52,014 nucleotides of DNA. Source: an uncultured Gammaproteobacteria bacterium (lineage in GTDB: Bacteria; Patescibacteriota; Patescibacteriia; Magasanikbacterales; GWA2-37-8). The stretch spans positions 1 through 52,014 of the forward strand of contig CAYOFO010000002.1 in the NCBI GenBank assembly GCA_964403325.1, read 5' to 3'. Each line of letters opens with the position of its first letter. Position 1 is the stretch's first letter. The notes under the pieces were generated by a model. The model was not told the DNA's origin. It searched no databases and saw nothing but the letters and a program-made list of their open reading frames with translations. Below, piece by piece: positions 9,640 to 20,100 of this stretch. Made by a program: the position numbers and the translations under genes.

Positions 9640-9966
9640 GTAATCGCGATTAAAAGCTCTTTGACACTAAAACAAAAGGTGTTAAAAAACCAAAGCTCAA
9701 AAAGCTTGTAGCAGACTTACCGCTGGTTTTGACTTGGAGATAGCTGTCCAGGTACAAAAGCAAGGACAAGTCTAATACACTTTTTGCCGTGTACCTTCAC
9801 GCTATGCCCGTTACGTTTACGTAATTGGTTGTGAAGTGCTACCAGCAAACGGTTTTTAGGACTCCGCCTATGGTGTCAGAGAGTTTTCAATTCTCTCGCC
9901 TAGGCAATTTGGGCGAGAATCGTTATATTAATTTATTAATTGCGATTTTTTCGCCCATTTTTTATT
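9640..9966 (+). ncRNA. candidate orphan non-coding transcript (family unknown)
   Basis: No ORF of 60 aa or more on either strand. Promoter-like TTGACA-N17-TACCAT (9605-9633) and TTGACA-N16-TAAAAA (9661-9688) lie upstream. A strong terminator follows: GGGCGAgaatcg...cgattttttTCGCCC plus ATTTTTTATTT (9911-9966). Internal hairpins include TTACG-ttta-CGTAA and TCTCGCC-N11-GGCGAGA. Confidence 0.3.
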
Positions 9967-10063
9967 TCAACAATTTTTAATAAAAAGCATTGACGTCAAA
10001 AGAGTTAGGACCTAGTATAAGCTCAATACCTGACGTTCAGGACAAAAAAACTTTTTCAAAAAT

Positions 10064-10444
10064 ATGAGTACTTCCCACTTTTCTCCAGCATTTTTACAAC
10101 AGGTGCAAAAAAAATTAGAGCAGGAGTTTGTGCGTCTCACGAGCGAGCTGCAAAAGTTAAATGAAAGCGAAAACACCACTGAAATTTTAGAAATGGCTGA
10201 AACAGACAATAAAGAAGATGATAATGCTCTCAAAACAGCCGAGTTGGCCACAACACTCTCACTTAAAGAGAGTTTGGTAAGAAGTTGGCGCGATACTAAA
10301 AATGCCCTCGACAGACTCCAAACAGGTAGTGATTATGGTGTGTGTAAGTATTGTCAAAAACCAATCGATATCAAGCGACTTGAAGCCCGTCCGACATCGG
10401 CCTCATGCGTGGAATGTAAACAGCTTGTAAGTCAAAAAATTTAA
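10064..10444 (+). CDS. DksA/TraR-family C4 zinc-finger protein
   Basis: C-terminal CKYCQKPI...SCVECK (CxxC-N17-CxxC) preceded by a coiled-coil-like acidic region. Its own promoter is TTGACG-N17-TAGTAT at 9990-10018. Confidence 0.7.
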   Translation: MSTSHFSPAFLQQVQKKLEQEFVRLTSELQKLNESENTTEILEMAETDNKEDDNALKTAELATTLSLKESLVRSWRDTKNALDRLQTGSDYGVCKYCQKPIDIKRLEARPTSASCVECKQLVSQKI

Positions 10445-10449
10445 AAGGC

Positions 10450-10902
10450 TTGGTGTTTGTGAAAAAACCCTTTTTTTGGTCGGCAGTCACTCTGTCTGGG
10501 GTGCTGTTTTTAATTGATCAAACCTTAAAATTTTTTGCTTTAAACACTTCGGCTAAACTGTTCGGGGCAAATTTTGGTTGGCGCCCATTTCTTAATACTG
10601 GGATTGCTTTTGGAATACCTGTGCCAATATGGCTCGTGATAATTTTTACCCTGCCCGTACTTATCTATCTGGTGTGGTATATACAAAAAAATATTTTTTC
10701 TCCAGCTCACGCTTCCCTGGTTTTGGTGGTAGTCGGAGCTTTGTCAAACTTGTTCGATCGGGTGGTTTGGCAAGGAACGGTAGATTATTTTTTGGTTTAT
10801 ACGAGCATTTTTAATGTGGCGGATATTTTAATAGTGGTTGGGATAGTTGGTTTTTTATGGCTGTGGCGGGCAGAAAATTCAGGAGCGGTATTGAAAAAGT
10901 AA
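10450..10902 (+). CDS. lspA: lipoprotein signal peptidase II
   Basis: Four TM segments with LspA motifs NTGIAFG and DYF...FNVADI. The start is uncertain (TTG 10450, GTG 10453 or GTG 10459). Confidence 0.85.
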   Translation: MVFVKKPFFWSAVTLSGVLFLIDQTLKFFALNTSAKLFGANFGWRPFLNTGIAFGIPVPIWLVIIFTLPVLIYLVWYIQKNIFSPAHASLVLVVVGALSNLFDRVVWQGTVDYFLVYTSIFNVADILIVVGIVGFLWLWRAENSGAVLKK

Positions 10903-10998
10903 AAGTAAAAATCAGTTGATGTTATCCCCAAAAACCCGTGAGGGTTTTATTTTTATTTTATGGGTGGGGTGACATTATAGGACAAGATATTTTTATCT

Positions 10999-12513
10999 AT
11001 GTTTTTTACCATAAAATCAGGGGCGGTGATGGGGCTTGAGTGCTTGCCGATTGAAATTGAAGTAGATATTTGTAAAGGTCAAACCAATTTTAGTATCGTG
11101 GGTTTGGCAGACACCTCTATAAAGGAGGCAAAAGATCGGATACACTCAGCACTCAAAAATTCTGGATTTACGTATCCATTTAATTTTCGTATTTTGGTCA
11201 ATTTGGCGCCGGCTGATTTCAATAAAGAGGGGCCAAGCTATGATTTGCCCATGGCTATGGGTATTGTAATGCTGAGTAACGAAATAGAGCATGATCTGAC
11301 CGATGCCCTGGTGGTGGGTGAACTTTCGCTCGATGGAAAAGTTCGCCATGTAAATGGTGTGCTACCGTTGGCTCTGTTTGCCAAAGAGCGGGGCATGAAG
11401 CGATTGTTTGTACCGTTTGTAGATGCGGGTGAGGCGGCTTTGGTCAGCGGCCTTGTTATTTATCCGGTAAAAAGTTTGAAAGAAATGGTGCTCCATCTTA
11501 TGGGTGCGGAGAAAATCACACCCTTTATAAAAGATAAAAATTACGTCATTGAACAAGAATTGAATTATGAAATGGACATGGCGCACATTAAAGGCCAAGA
11601 GTTTGCTAAACGAGCCCTCGAAATTGCAGCCAGCGGGAGCCATAATATTCTCATGAGCGGCCCGCCAGGAAGTGGGAAAACCTTGTTGGCACGTACCCTC
11701 CCATCCATTTTGCCCCGTTTGAGCGAAGACGAAACACTTGAGGTGACGAAAATTTATTCGGTTGCCGGGCTGCTACGTTCAAATGTAATCATACATCGTC
11801 CTTTTCGTACCCCGCACCACACTTCATCGGGTACAGCTTTGGTGGGGGGAGGGCGAATACCCAAACCAGGTGAAATTTCTTTGGCTCATCGCGGCGTGTT
11901 GTTTCTCGACGAATTTCCCGAATTTCCCAGGTTTGTAATTGAAAATTTGCGCCAGCCATTAGAAGATGGGACTATTACTATTTCTCGTGCGCAGGGTACG
12001 GTTTCGTTTCCAGCGCGGTTTCTCTTGGTTGCCAGTCAAAATCCCTGCCCATGCGGTTATGCGAGCGACCCGGAACAGCGCTGCAGTTGCTCTGCTTTGC
12101 AAATAATGCGGTATCAAAAAAAGATCAGTGGCCCGTTGCTCGATCGGATTGACCTGCATATTGAAGTGCCGCGTGTAAAGTTCGATAAACTGTCTTCCAT
12201 TGAACTTGCCGAGGCATCAGTTTTGATTCGTGAGCGGGTGGAGCGAGCGCGGGCTATTCAGGCAAAACGCTTTAAAGGCAAAAGTATTCATACGAATAGT
12301 GAGATGAAAAATGCGGAGATTCGAGAGTTTTGTAAACTTGATGAAGCGAGTGCGAACCTTTTAAAAGCGGCCGTAACGCAGATGCGGCTCTCGGCCAGAG
12401 CCTACAATCGTATTTTAAAACTCAGCCGGACGATCGCGGATTTATCACAGTACGAGCAAATAAAAATGGAGCACCTGGCTGAGGCGCTCCAATATCGTCC
12501 GAAGATGGATTAG
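10999..12513 (+). CDS. comM: YifB/ComM-family Mg-chelatase-like AAA+ protein
   Basis: N-terminal Lon-protease-like domain, Walker A GPPGSGKT, Walker B LFLDEFPEF, a Cys cluster (CPCGY...CSC) and RAYNRILKLSRTIADL. Confidence 0.9.
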   Translation: MFFTIKSGAVMGLECLPIEIEVDICKGQTNFSIVGLADTSIKEAKDRIHSALKNSGFTYPFNFRILVNLAPADFNKEGPSYDLPMAMGIVMLSNEIEHDLTDALVVGELSLDGKVRHVNGVLPLALFAKERGMKRLFVPFVDAGEAALVSGLVIYPVKSLKEMVLHLMGAEKITPFIKDKNYVIEQELNYEMDMAHIKGQEFAKRALEIAASGSHNILMSGPPGSGKTLLARTLPSILPRLSEDETLEVTKIYSVAGLLRSNVIIHRPFRTPHHTSSGTALVGGGRIPKPGEISLAHRGVLFLDEFPEFPRFVIENLRQPLEDGTITISRAQGTVSFPARFLLVASQNPCPCGYASDPEQRCSCSALQIMRYQKKISGPLLDRIDLHIEVPRVKFDKLSSIELAEASVLIRERVERARAIQAKRFKGKSIHTNSEMKNAEIREFCKLDEASANLLKAAVTQMRLSARAYNRILKLSRTIADLSQYEQIKMEHLAEALQYRPKMD

Positions 12514-12560
12514 TTTGTTTAAGAAATTTCTTCGTGGTTGTCCTAAAGTAGAAAACCTGC

Positions 12561-13409
12561 CTACTCTGATTTTTCAAAAAGTTTGGCTTCCTTCATTAAA
12601 TCTTGCCACTGAGTTAGTTGGTCAAAAGTTAATTTATTTTGAATTGAGACATTAGCTTCAAGTCGTTGTATGCGGCTTAAAAAATCAACCAACCGGTTGA
12701 GTATTGGTTTGGCTTCCACAAACAACCTTTTGACGTTTATCATATCAGCATCCTCTAAGCTAGAGGCTTCTTTATTCATTTCAACACGCATCTCTTGGAT
12801 TAAGGAAGCAAGCTTTGTCAGCTCGGGTGCAAAGTTGTTTTCAACAAGAGTTAGCGCATCTTGTGTCTGGATTATCACGTCTGAATTTTTATCATCTTTC
12901 TTATTATGACCAAACCAAACAACACTAGTATGTTCGTAAGGATCACGAATTTGGCGATCGTTAAAATTTGTACGATCTACAGTTTGTTTATATCTGTATA
13001 TTCTGTCATTAAATTCGGATAAAATAAAACCAAGGTTACGTAAAAATTTTTTTATTTCTTTTTTATTTACCGGCTGTTCCTGACCAGGGATTGGTTCGTT
13101 AGCCGACAAGGATAAACCCTTTTCTAAACCTGTGACTGAATCACCAATTCTGTCAATTAAGTAGGCGCGCACTGTACGCTCCCTTTCCGTTGAAAGTAAT
13201 TGATAAGTATCTACAGAAGTAGGTTTTTGATGATCGCGGTAACGGTAAGCAGCGTTTACTCTGTCCGCTTCCTCTCTAAAAAAGGAGGTTCGCATGCTGG
13301 CTCGTTGTGATAATTCACTTTCTGCACAGCCCTCTTGGGTTATTCCACCTCCAAACAAAACTGTCATGAGAGCAAGTTCTTTTAAACCAGGTAAGCCGGG
13401 TTTCTTCAT
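12561..13409 (-). CDS. hypothetical protein (282 aa), N-terminal hydrophobic segment
   Basis: Clean ORF with no recognised domain. It is followed on the same strand by the 3D-domain gene. Confidence 0.5.
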   Translation of the reverse strand: MKKPGLPGLKELALMTVLFGGGITQEGCAESELSQRASMRTSFFREEADRVNAAYRYRDHQKPTSVDTYQLLSTERERTVRAYLIDRIGDSVTGLEKGLSLSANEPIPGQEQPVNKKEIKKFLRNLGFILSEFNDRIYRYKQTVDRTNFNDRQIRDPYEHTSVVWFGHNKKDDKNSDVIIQTQDALTLVENNFAPELTKLASLIQEMRVEMNKEASSLEDADMINVKRLFVEAKPILNRLVDFLSRIQRLEANVSIQNKLTFDQLTQWQDLMKEAKLFEKSE

Positions 13410-13453
13410 AAGAAAGAAATTAAAGTAAAAACCGTTAAAATTGTATGTTACAC

Positions 13454-14017
13454 TTAGTTCTTCGCCAATTTTTCTGCCTTACTTTTGCTATAAATTTCAA
13501 TAGTAATATTTCGTTTTACGCCAAATTTTCGAGCCTCAGCTTTCGAAGTATCCATCCAGATATCCATGCGATTTTGGCCGTTAAAACGTGGGTTCATGCG
13601 GTCATGGACTTCAAATACCTTGTCACCAAATAAAGCCGGGATTTTTATGAGCGTACCAAATGGCAACCAGTTGGCGGCCACGGTTGGGTTTTTGCTCACA
13701 CACACATTCGTGCCGTCCGCAGTGGTGCAAGGGTCGCCGTCAGTTTGGTCTGGAGTGCTGGTATAGGCCGTAAGCACAGTTAACACTTGTCGGTCTGGGC
13801 TAACAATCTCGACCGAGCGATGGAGCATTTCACCTTCCGCAGAGGTTTCAAGAGTGAGGCGAAGCGCCGAAAAGTCCTCTAATGAGGCTTTTTGAGCCGT
13901 TTCCACTACCTCGGCACGCACCGTTATAGGGTGGATCATGTGCACAAAAAAGGCTAAGATTGCCCACAAATTCATACAAGTGTGGAGAATGTCGCTTTTG
14001 GTCATTTGGTGTTTCAT
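13454..14017 (-). CDS. 3D-domain (MltA/RlpA-like barrel) secreted protein
   Basis: Signal or TM segment, then TAYTSTPDQTDGDPCTTADG...VAAN.LPFGT...V.DRM..R......DIWM, characteristic of 3D-domain cell-wall proteins. Confidence 0.75.
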   Translation of the reverse strand: MKHQMTKSDILHTCMNLWAILAFFVHMIHPITVRAEVVETAQKASLEDFSALRLTLETSAEGEMLHRSVEIVSPDRQVLTVLTAYTSTPDQTDGDPCTTADGTNVCVSKNPTVAANWLPFGTLIKIPALFGDKVFEVHDRMNPRFNGQNRMDIWMDTSKAEARKFGVKRNITIEIYSKSKAEKLAKN

Positions 14018-14130
14018 AAGGTTTCAACTAAAAAGATACCTTATTTAGGGTATCTGCTTGGTTAACGTCACAGTGTACCATAAAATTCGGGTTTTGTCAA
14101 CCCGGCGAGATAGGTTATAATAAGAAAACT

Positions 14131-16992
14131 ATGAATTCACCTTTACCACCTACCCGACCCATTCGTGATTACGGAAGTATAAAAAATACCACTTCAACCC
14201 CCCGTTCGGGGCACCAGGCCAGAAAAAAAAGGCAGGCCAACCTGGAACGATTGAAATGGTGGCTTTTAGTTCTAGGAACGACCACGGCCGGTTTATTTAT
14301 AATCGCCGCGGCAGTGCTTGGTATCATCAGTTTGGGGCTCGACCCAAACAAATTGCAAAATCGAGTGGTGACGGAAAGCACGAAAATATATGATCGTACC
14401 GGAGAGCATGTTCTCTACGAAATTTTTAACGACCAAAAACGAACCAATGTTAAATTGACCGATATTGCTCCGCTTTTACCAAAAGCAGTAATTGCAGTGG
14501 AGGATAAATATTTTTATGAACATAGCGGTATACGTATCGTGAGTATTTTGCGTGCCGGATTCAATAATCTGATTGGCCGGCGAACCGGTTCGGGAGGAGC
14601 CTCTACCCTTACACAGCAGCTGATTAAAAAAACTATTGTGGGCGATGAGCGCCGGGGATTTGCTGGGTATTTTAGAAAGATAAAAGAAGCGCTGTTGGCT
14701 AAAAAAATTGAAAAAAAATATACCAAAGACGAAATTTTAGCGCTTTATCTTAATGAGATTCCACTGGGTTCGACCAATTATGGCGTAGAGTCAGCGGCGC
14801 AGGCGTATTTTCAGAAAAGCGCCAAAGATTTGGATTTGGCGGAGTCGGCCACAATTGCGGGTATGATCCAAGCGCCGAGCCGGTATCTGAATGATCTTAA
14901 GTCGTTGCAAGATCGACGTGATTTGGTACTGCGCCTGATGTATGATCAGAAATATATTACTCAGGATGAAGAAAAAGCAGCTCAAGCCATACCACTCAAT
15001 TTTCATGCTGGGCGCGGGTTGTCGGTGGCGCCTCATTTTGTGCAATATGTAAAAGCCTTGCTGGCCGATAAGTTTGGTGAAAGTAATATTGATAGCCAAG
15101 GCTATAAAGTTATCACTACACTCGACTACGAAATGCAAACCAGAGCGGAAAAAATTGTGACCGACCTGGGGAATAAATTTTCTAAAGAATACGATGCTAA
15201 CAACGCGGCGCTAGTGGCCATCGATCCTAAAAATCAACAAATTTTAGCCATGGTTGGTTCGCGTGATTATAATAATATAGAAATTGGAGGCACAACCAAT
15301 CATGTTATACAAGATCCGCGCCAACCCGGTTCATCACTCAAGCCGTTTATCTACGCCGCGGCTTTTGAAAAGGGTTTTACGCCAGAGACTGTAGTATATG
15401 ATGTTACTACTGATTTTAATCAGTATGCGCCTAAAAATGCTGATGGTAAAGAATATGGTTTGGTGACGATGCGTAAAGCTTTGCAGGGTTCGCTTAATAT
15501 TCCAGCCATTAAAGCCCTCTATTTAGTTGGCATCAAAAACATGCTTAGTTTTGCCAAACGGTTCGGCTATACCAGTTTGGGTGAAGACGCGGGGTTAAGT
15601 TTGGCGATTGGGGGCAACGAAGTGGTGATGCTCGAACATGTCAATGCCTATGCCACTCTCGCGAACGGCGGCACGTATCGCCCCCCAACGAGTATTTTGC
15701 AAGTAACAAAACCAAGCGGTGAAAAAGTATTTGAGTGGCAGGATACCCAAAAACAAACAGCGGTAACGCCAGAGTTGGCCGCTACAATTGCTAATGTTTT
15801 AACGGATAATGCTTCGCGCACGTATATTTTTGGAGCCAATAATTCCATGGTTTTGCCAGGTGGGCGACCGGTAGCTGCCAAAACCGGTACGACGAATGAG
15901 GATAAAGATGCTTGGACCATTGGGTATACGCCATCACTCGTAGCCGGGGTATGGGTGGGCAATTCACCACGGCGAACACCAATGAAGTTTGGGGGGAATA
16001 AATTGGCGGGTAGTATTTGGAATGAGTTTATGAAACAAACCCTCGACAAAACACCAATCGAAAAATTTCCGACCCCGCCGTCAAACGATGCGCAAAAAGC
16101 GGTTTTACGCGGCAGTGATAATGGAATAAAAATTCCGGTGAATATTATTACCGGGAAAATCGCCGCATCTTCGACACCGTTGAATTTGGTGCGCGAGGAA
16201 ACATTTTTGCCGCCGCACGATATTTTGTTTTATGTCAACAAAGATGATCCGCGCGGACCGGTGCCAGACCACCCAGAATCAGACCCGCAGTATCAAGGTT
16301 GGGAAAATGCTTTGCAAAGCTGGGCCACCCGAATGGCCGCCGCCGGTAAAGCTGTAAATTTTTCTTCGCCACCGACTGAGGTTGATACGCCGCAATCACT
16401 CGAATTGGTGCCAGAGCTTGAAATTGTCTCGCCTGCGGCCAGCTCCACTCTGACCAATCGCAACATTGTATTGAGTGTTAAAACTTCTTCACCGCGCGGA
16501 GTGGTGCGGGTAACGTATCAGATAGACGGTTTCACAGTAAATACTGCCACCAATCCTCCGTTTGAGCACACCTTCTATGCCCAGCAACTAAGTCCGGGTA
16601 TTCACACTCTCAAAGTAATTGCCAGCGATGATCAAGGAAATTTTGCCCAAAAAGACAACATGTTTACTTTAGATGCACCGTTTGATCCGCCGGATATTAG
16701 TTGGGTGGATGCTTCGCCCCTCAGTCTTAAACTGAATGTATTTCCTCGAGTTTTCTTTTTAAACCCATTTCGGTATGAAGAAATGAAAGAAATACAAGTT
16801 TATCTATCTTCCCAAACTGATCCGCAGAGAAAACTTATTTTTACCTTTAATAAAAACGATGAACTGTTTAATCGCCAACTATTTTTTACTTGGAAAAATT
16901 CAACTGGAGTCGGTACGTACACACTTTATGTGGTTATGACAGACAAAGCTGGACGGACCGTAGAAAAAACCTTGGAAGTGAATGTTGAATAA
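14131..16992 (+). CDS. class A penicillin-binding protein (glycosyltransferase + transpeptidase) with long C-terminal extension
   Basis: GT51 motifs EDKYFYEHSGI and GGSTLTQQL. Transpeptidase motifs SSLKP (SxxK) and KTGTT. About 300 extra C-terminal residues look like beta-rich Ig-like modules. Confidence 0.92.
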   Translation: MNSPLPPTRPIRDYGSIKNTTSTPRSGHQARKKRQANLERLKWWLLVLGTTTAGLFIIAAAVLGIISLGLDPNKLQNRVVTESTKIYDRTGEHVLYEIFNDQKRTNVKLTDIAPLLPKAVIAVEDKYFYEHSGIRIVSILRAGFNNLIGRRTGSGGASTLTQQLIKKTIVGDERRGFAGYFRKIKEALLAKKIEKKYTKDEILALYLNEIPLGSTNYGVESAAQAYFQKSAKDLDLAESATIAGMIQAPSRYLNDLKSLQDRRDLVLRLMYDQKYITQDEEKAAQAIPLNFHAGRGLSVAPHFVQYVKALLADKFGESNIDSQGYKVITTLDYEMQTRAEKIVTDLGNKFSKEYDANNAALVAIDPKNQQILAMVGSRDYNNIEIGGTTNHVIQDPRQPGSSLKPFIYAAAFEKGFTPETVVYDVTTDFNQYAPKNADGKEYGLVTMRKALQGSLNIPAIKALYLVGIKNMLSFAKRFGYTSLGEDAGLSLAIGGNEVVMLEHVNAYATLANGGTYRPPTSILQVTKPSGEKVFEWQDTQKQTAVTPELAATIANVLTDNASRTYIFGANNSMVLPGGRPVAAKTGTTNEDKDAWTIGYTPSLVAGVWVGNSPRRTPMKFGGNKLAGSIWNEFMKQTLDKTPIEKFPTPPSNDAQKAVLRGSDNGIKIPVNIITGKIAASSTPLNLVREETFLPPHDILFYVNKDDPRGPVPDHPESDPQYQGWENALQSWATRMAAAGKAVNFSSPPTEVDTPQSLELVPELEIVSPAASSTLTNRNIVLSVKTSSPRGVVRVTYQIDGFTVNTATNPPFEHTFYAQQLSPGIHTLKVIASDDQGNFAQKDNMFTLDAPFDPPDISWVDASPLSLKLNVFPRVFFLNPFRYEEMKEIQVYLSSQTDPQRKLIFTFNKNDELFNRQLFFTWKNSTGVGTYTLYVVMTDKAGRTVEKTLEVNVE

Positions 16993-17012
16993 ATTTTTGA
17001 ATAAAGGGAAGG

Positions 17013-17040
17013 AAAAATCGGCTGCCAGGCCGATTTTTTG
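17013..17040 (+). terminator. rho-independent terminator after the PBP gene
   Basis: AAAATCGGC-tgccag-GCCGATTTTTT. Confidence 0.7.
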
Positions 17041-17109
17041 TCTGCGTATTTTTATAAGTATTTTATCTGTCTTCGGGTATGCTGGGAAGGTAATTTTTTA
17101 TAGAACATT

Positions 17110-20100
17110 ATGCCAAAAAGAAAATTTTTATTTGCCATTTTTGTATGTTTTAGTTGCTTGTTATGTTTGGTGCAAATTTTGCAGGCAGCACCCAGTGACA
17201 TTATTATTAACGAAATTGGCGGCTATCCTACCAGCACCCATGAATGGGTAGAAATTTGGAATCGCAGTAGTGCTGCAGTAGATATAAAAGACTGGAAATT
17301 TTGGGAAAATAATACCAATCATACTTTGGCAGCAGTTGGTAGGTCTTCCGCCACAATAAACGCTGGTGAGTACGGAGCTATTTGCCAAGACGCCGATCGT
17401 TTTTTACTCGATCACCCGGACTTTAGCGGCGTGGTCCTAGATTCAGCTTGGATCAGTCTGAGTGAACAGGGAGAAGAAATCGGCCTTAAAGATAGTGCAG
17501 GAAACTTTGTAGAAAAACTTGTTTATATTCCCTGGAGCAAAGCTGCACTGGAGCGCAAGGATCCATATCTGGATGATTATACGGCCAACAATTGGCAAGA
17601 GCGACAGAGTGGAGATACGGTTGGTTTTGTTAATAGTAATGTAAAAATAGTGGTGGCTTCCACCACACCCTTTCCTTCCGTTACCTCAACATTAGAAACA
17701 GTAACACCAACCACGAGTTATGAAATAGTTTTACCAACCAGCACACCTATTCTTACCACCTCCACACCATCGCCCACCTCAACCATAAGTATTTCTCCCA
17801 TTGATCCGCCATCAGTCTTGCCAGCAGAAGTTACCAGCACAGTGAGTATTGCCACCACCTCACCAAACTGGCAACAGATCAAAATAAATGAATTTGTTTC
17901 TTATGTGGATACTGGCCAGGAAGAATGGGTGGAGCTATTTAACACAGCCACTACTTCAATTACGTTGAACGGTTTAGTTTTGTGTGATGGTCGTGAAGGA
18001 AGTTGTGCTATAGCAACTCCAACCGGAACCATGGCCGCAGGGTCTTGGCAGACTGTTGTGCTAAGTGGTAACCACCTTAACAATGATGCTGATACGATTC
18101 TTCTCAAAGATCCACTCGGTACTATTTTGGATTCAGTGAGTTATGCCAACAAAACTGCACCCGCTAAAGGCAATAGTTTGGCGCGCATAAGTGATGGTGT
18201 GGATACGGACAAAGATACTGACTGGGCAATTACGACCACTGCTACACCAGGGGAAAATAATCGTATTACTACGCCGGTAGTAGCGCCACCTTTTAGTCGT
18301 GAGATTAATCGGTCGAGCGAGATTGTTGGGGCGGTTATCAAAACCAACCCGGTCGCGGTAAACACAGGAGTTATCTTGAATGAAATTTTTCCTAATCCGG
18401 CTGCGGTCGCTGACACCGAATACATTGAAATAAAAAATACGAGTACAGTGGCCGTGGATATTTCCGGTTGGAAAATTCAAGATGAGGGTGCGAGCTATGT
18501 GTTGGATGGAAGTTTATTGCCCGGACAGTATGCTGTTTTTTATCGCGCGCAAACCAAAATTGCTCTTAATAATACCGTAGCTGAAAAAGTGCAATTATTC
18601 ACCAAGACAGGAGAAGTAAGCAGTGAGGTAAGTTATGCTAGCGCCAAGAAAAATCAAAGCTATAGTTACGACGGGGTGCAATGGCACTGGACCAATACGA
18701 TTACTCCTGGGCAAGAGAATATTTTTGTTGAGCCAGTTCCGTTGGTAAAAGTTGAAAATCAATCAATTTTAAAGATTCAGAATCCGACATTTACAGAAGT
18801 GGGAGAAAAAATTACTTTGAGTGCGGTGGGGTCAGCGGATCGGTATGGGAAAGTTCCGCAGATAGAGTGGTATGTAGACAATAAAATTCTAAAGGGAGCG
18901 CAAGCGCATTATGTTTTTACCCAGCCGGGCATATATCAAGCGCGGGTCATCTTGACCCTGCAAACAGGAGAAAAACAAGAAAAATTTTTTACTATTGTGG
19001 TAGGCGAAGCAGCTTTGCTTAAAAATAAAAAAATATCTTTAGCTGAAGTATATCCCAACCCGGTTGGAAGTGATATGGATGAATTTATTGAGCTTTTCAA
19101 TAATACTACCACCACACTCGACATTTCCGGCTGGAAGCTTAAAAATAAGCACACCTTTGTTTTTGCAACAGGTACGGTGGCCAACGCCGGAGAAAGGCTA
19201 GTGTTTTATCGTTCGATTACCAAATTAGCCTTAAGTAATACCAACGAATTGGTAGAGTTGGTAAACAGCGAAGGTCAAACAATTGATGTTCTGCGTTATA
19301 CAAAAGCTCCCGAAGGAAAAAGTTTTAATAGTATGGCTGTAAGCAAGGAATGGGGTGAACCATCACCAGGCGAAGATTTTATAGAATCTGTAGACGAGAA
19401 CGCCCAAGACGAAACAACAAGCGGGTCAGCTGCGTCCGAGAAAGCAAAAAAAGTATCTGCCGGTAAGAAAAATATTCCCATAGCCATGACTGTTGAGCAG
19501 GCGCGTGAACAGGATAAAGATACGATGGTAAAAATTGAAGGGCAGGTAACAGTCTTGCCCGGAATTTTTGGCTCACAGTATTTTTATATTCAAAGCGCCA
19601 GTTCGGGTTTACAGATTTACCAGAGTGCTAAAAAATTTCCCAACCTAAAAATAGGTGATAGAGTTGAGGTGGTGGGAAAAATAAGCGAAGCAAGTGGTGT
19701 GAAGCGAGTATCAGTAAAAAATAAAGAAGGTATTGTAGTATTATCGTTGCAAGGAGCACTTGCTCCTCAGTCCATTTTAGCAACAGAAATAGGGGAAGAA
19801 AGAGCGGGGCAATTAGTAACCCTGAGTGCGGATATAACAGAAGTAAAAACCAGTATGGTGTATATAGATGATGGCGAAGCTGAGGGTGTGGTTGTGTTTA
19901 AAAAAGGTGCACAGATAAATAAAAAACTCTTAAAAGAAGGAGAAAAAGTTCAAGTAATCGGTGTGGTCGAGCACTCGGGTGCAGGTTGGCAAATCTGGCC
20001 ACGTAGCCAAGCAGATATGGTGGTAAAAAACGAGATCGTAAAAAAAGACAAAGAGGGTGTATTGGTTACAGGGTCTGTTCCCACAGCCGATAGTAAAGCA

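Noticed and set aside
9700-9900. SRP RNA, 6S RNA, tmRNA or RNase P RNA identity for the ORF-free region after dnaN.
   Set aside because: I could not find the diagnostic motifs on either strand: the SRP GNAR tetraloop with AGG/AGCA loops, the RNase P GAAAGUCC/ACAGAA elements, or the tmRNA tRNA-like 3' end. It stays as an unclassified candidate only.
16982-17251. 89-aa ORF spanning the PBP terminator and the start of the LTD gene.
   Set aside because: It overlaps a clear intrinsic terminator and the signal-peptide region of the well-supported 1042-aa ORF in another frame.
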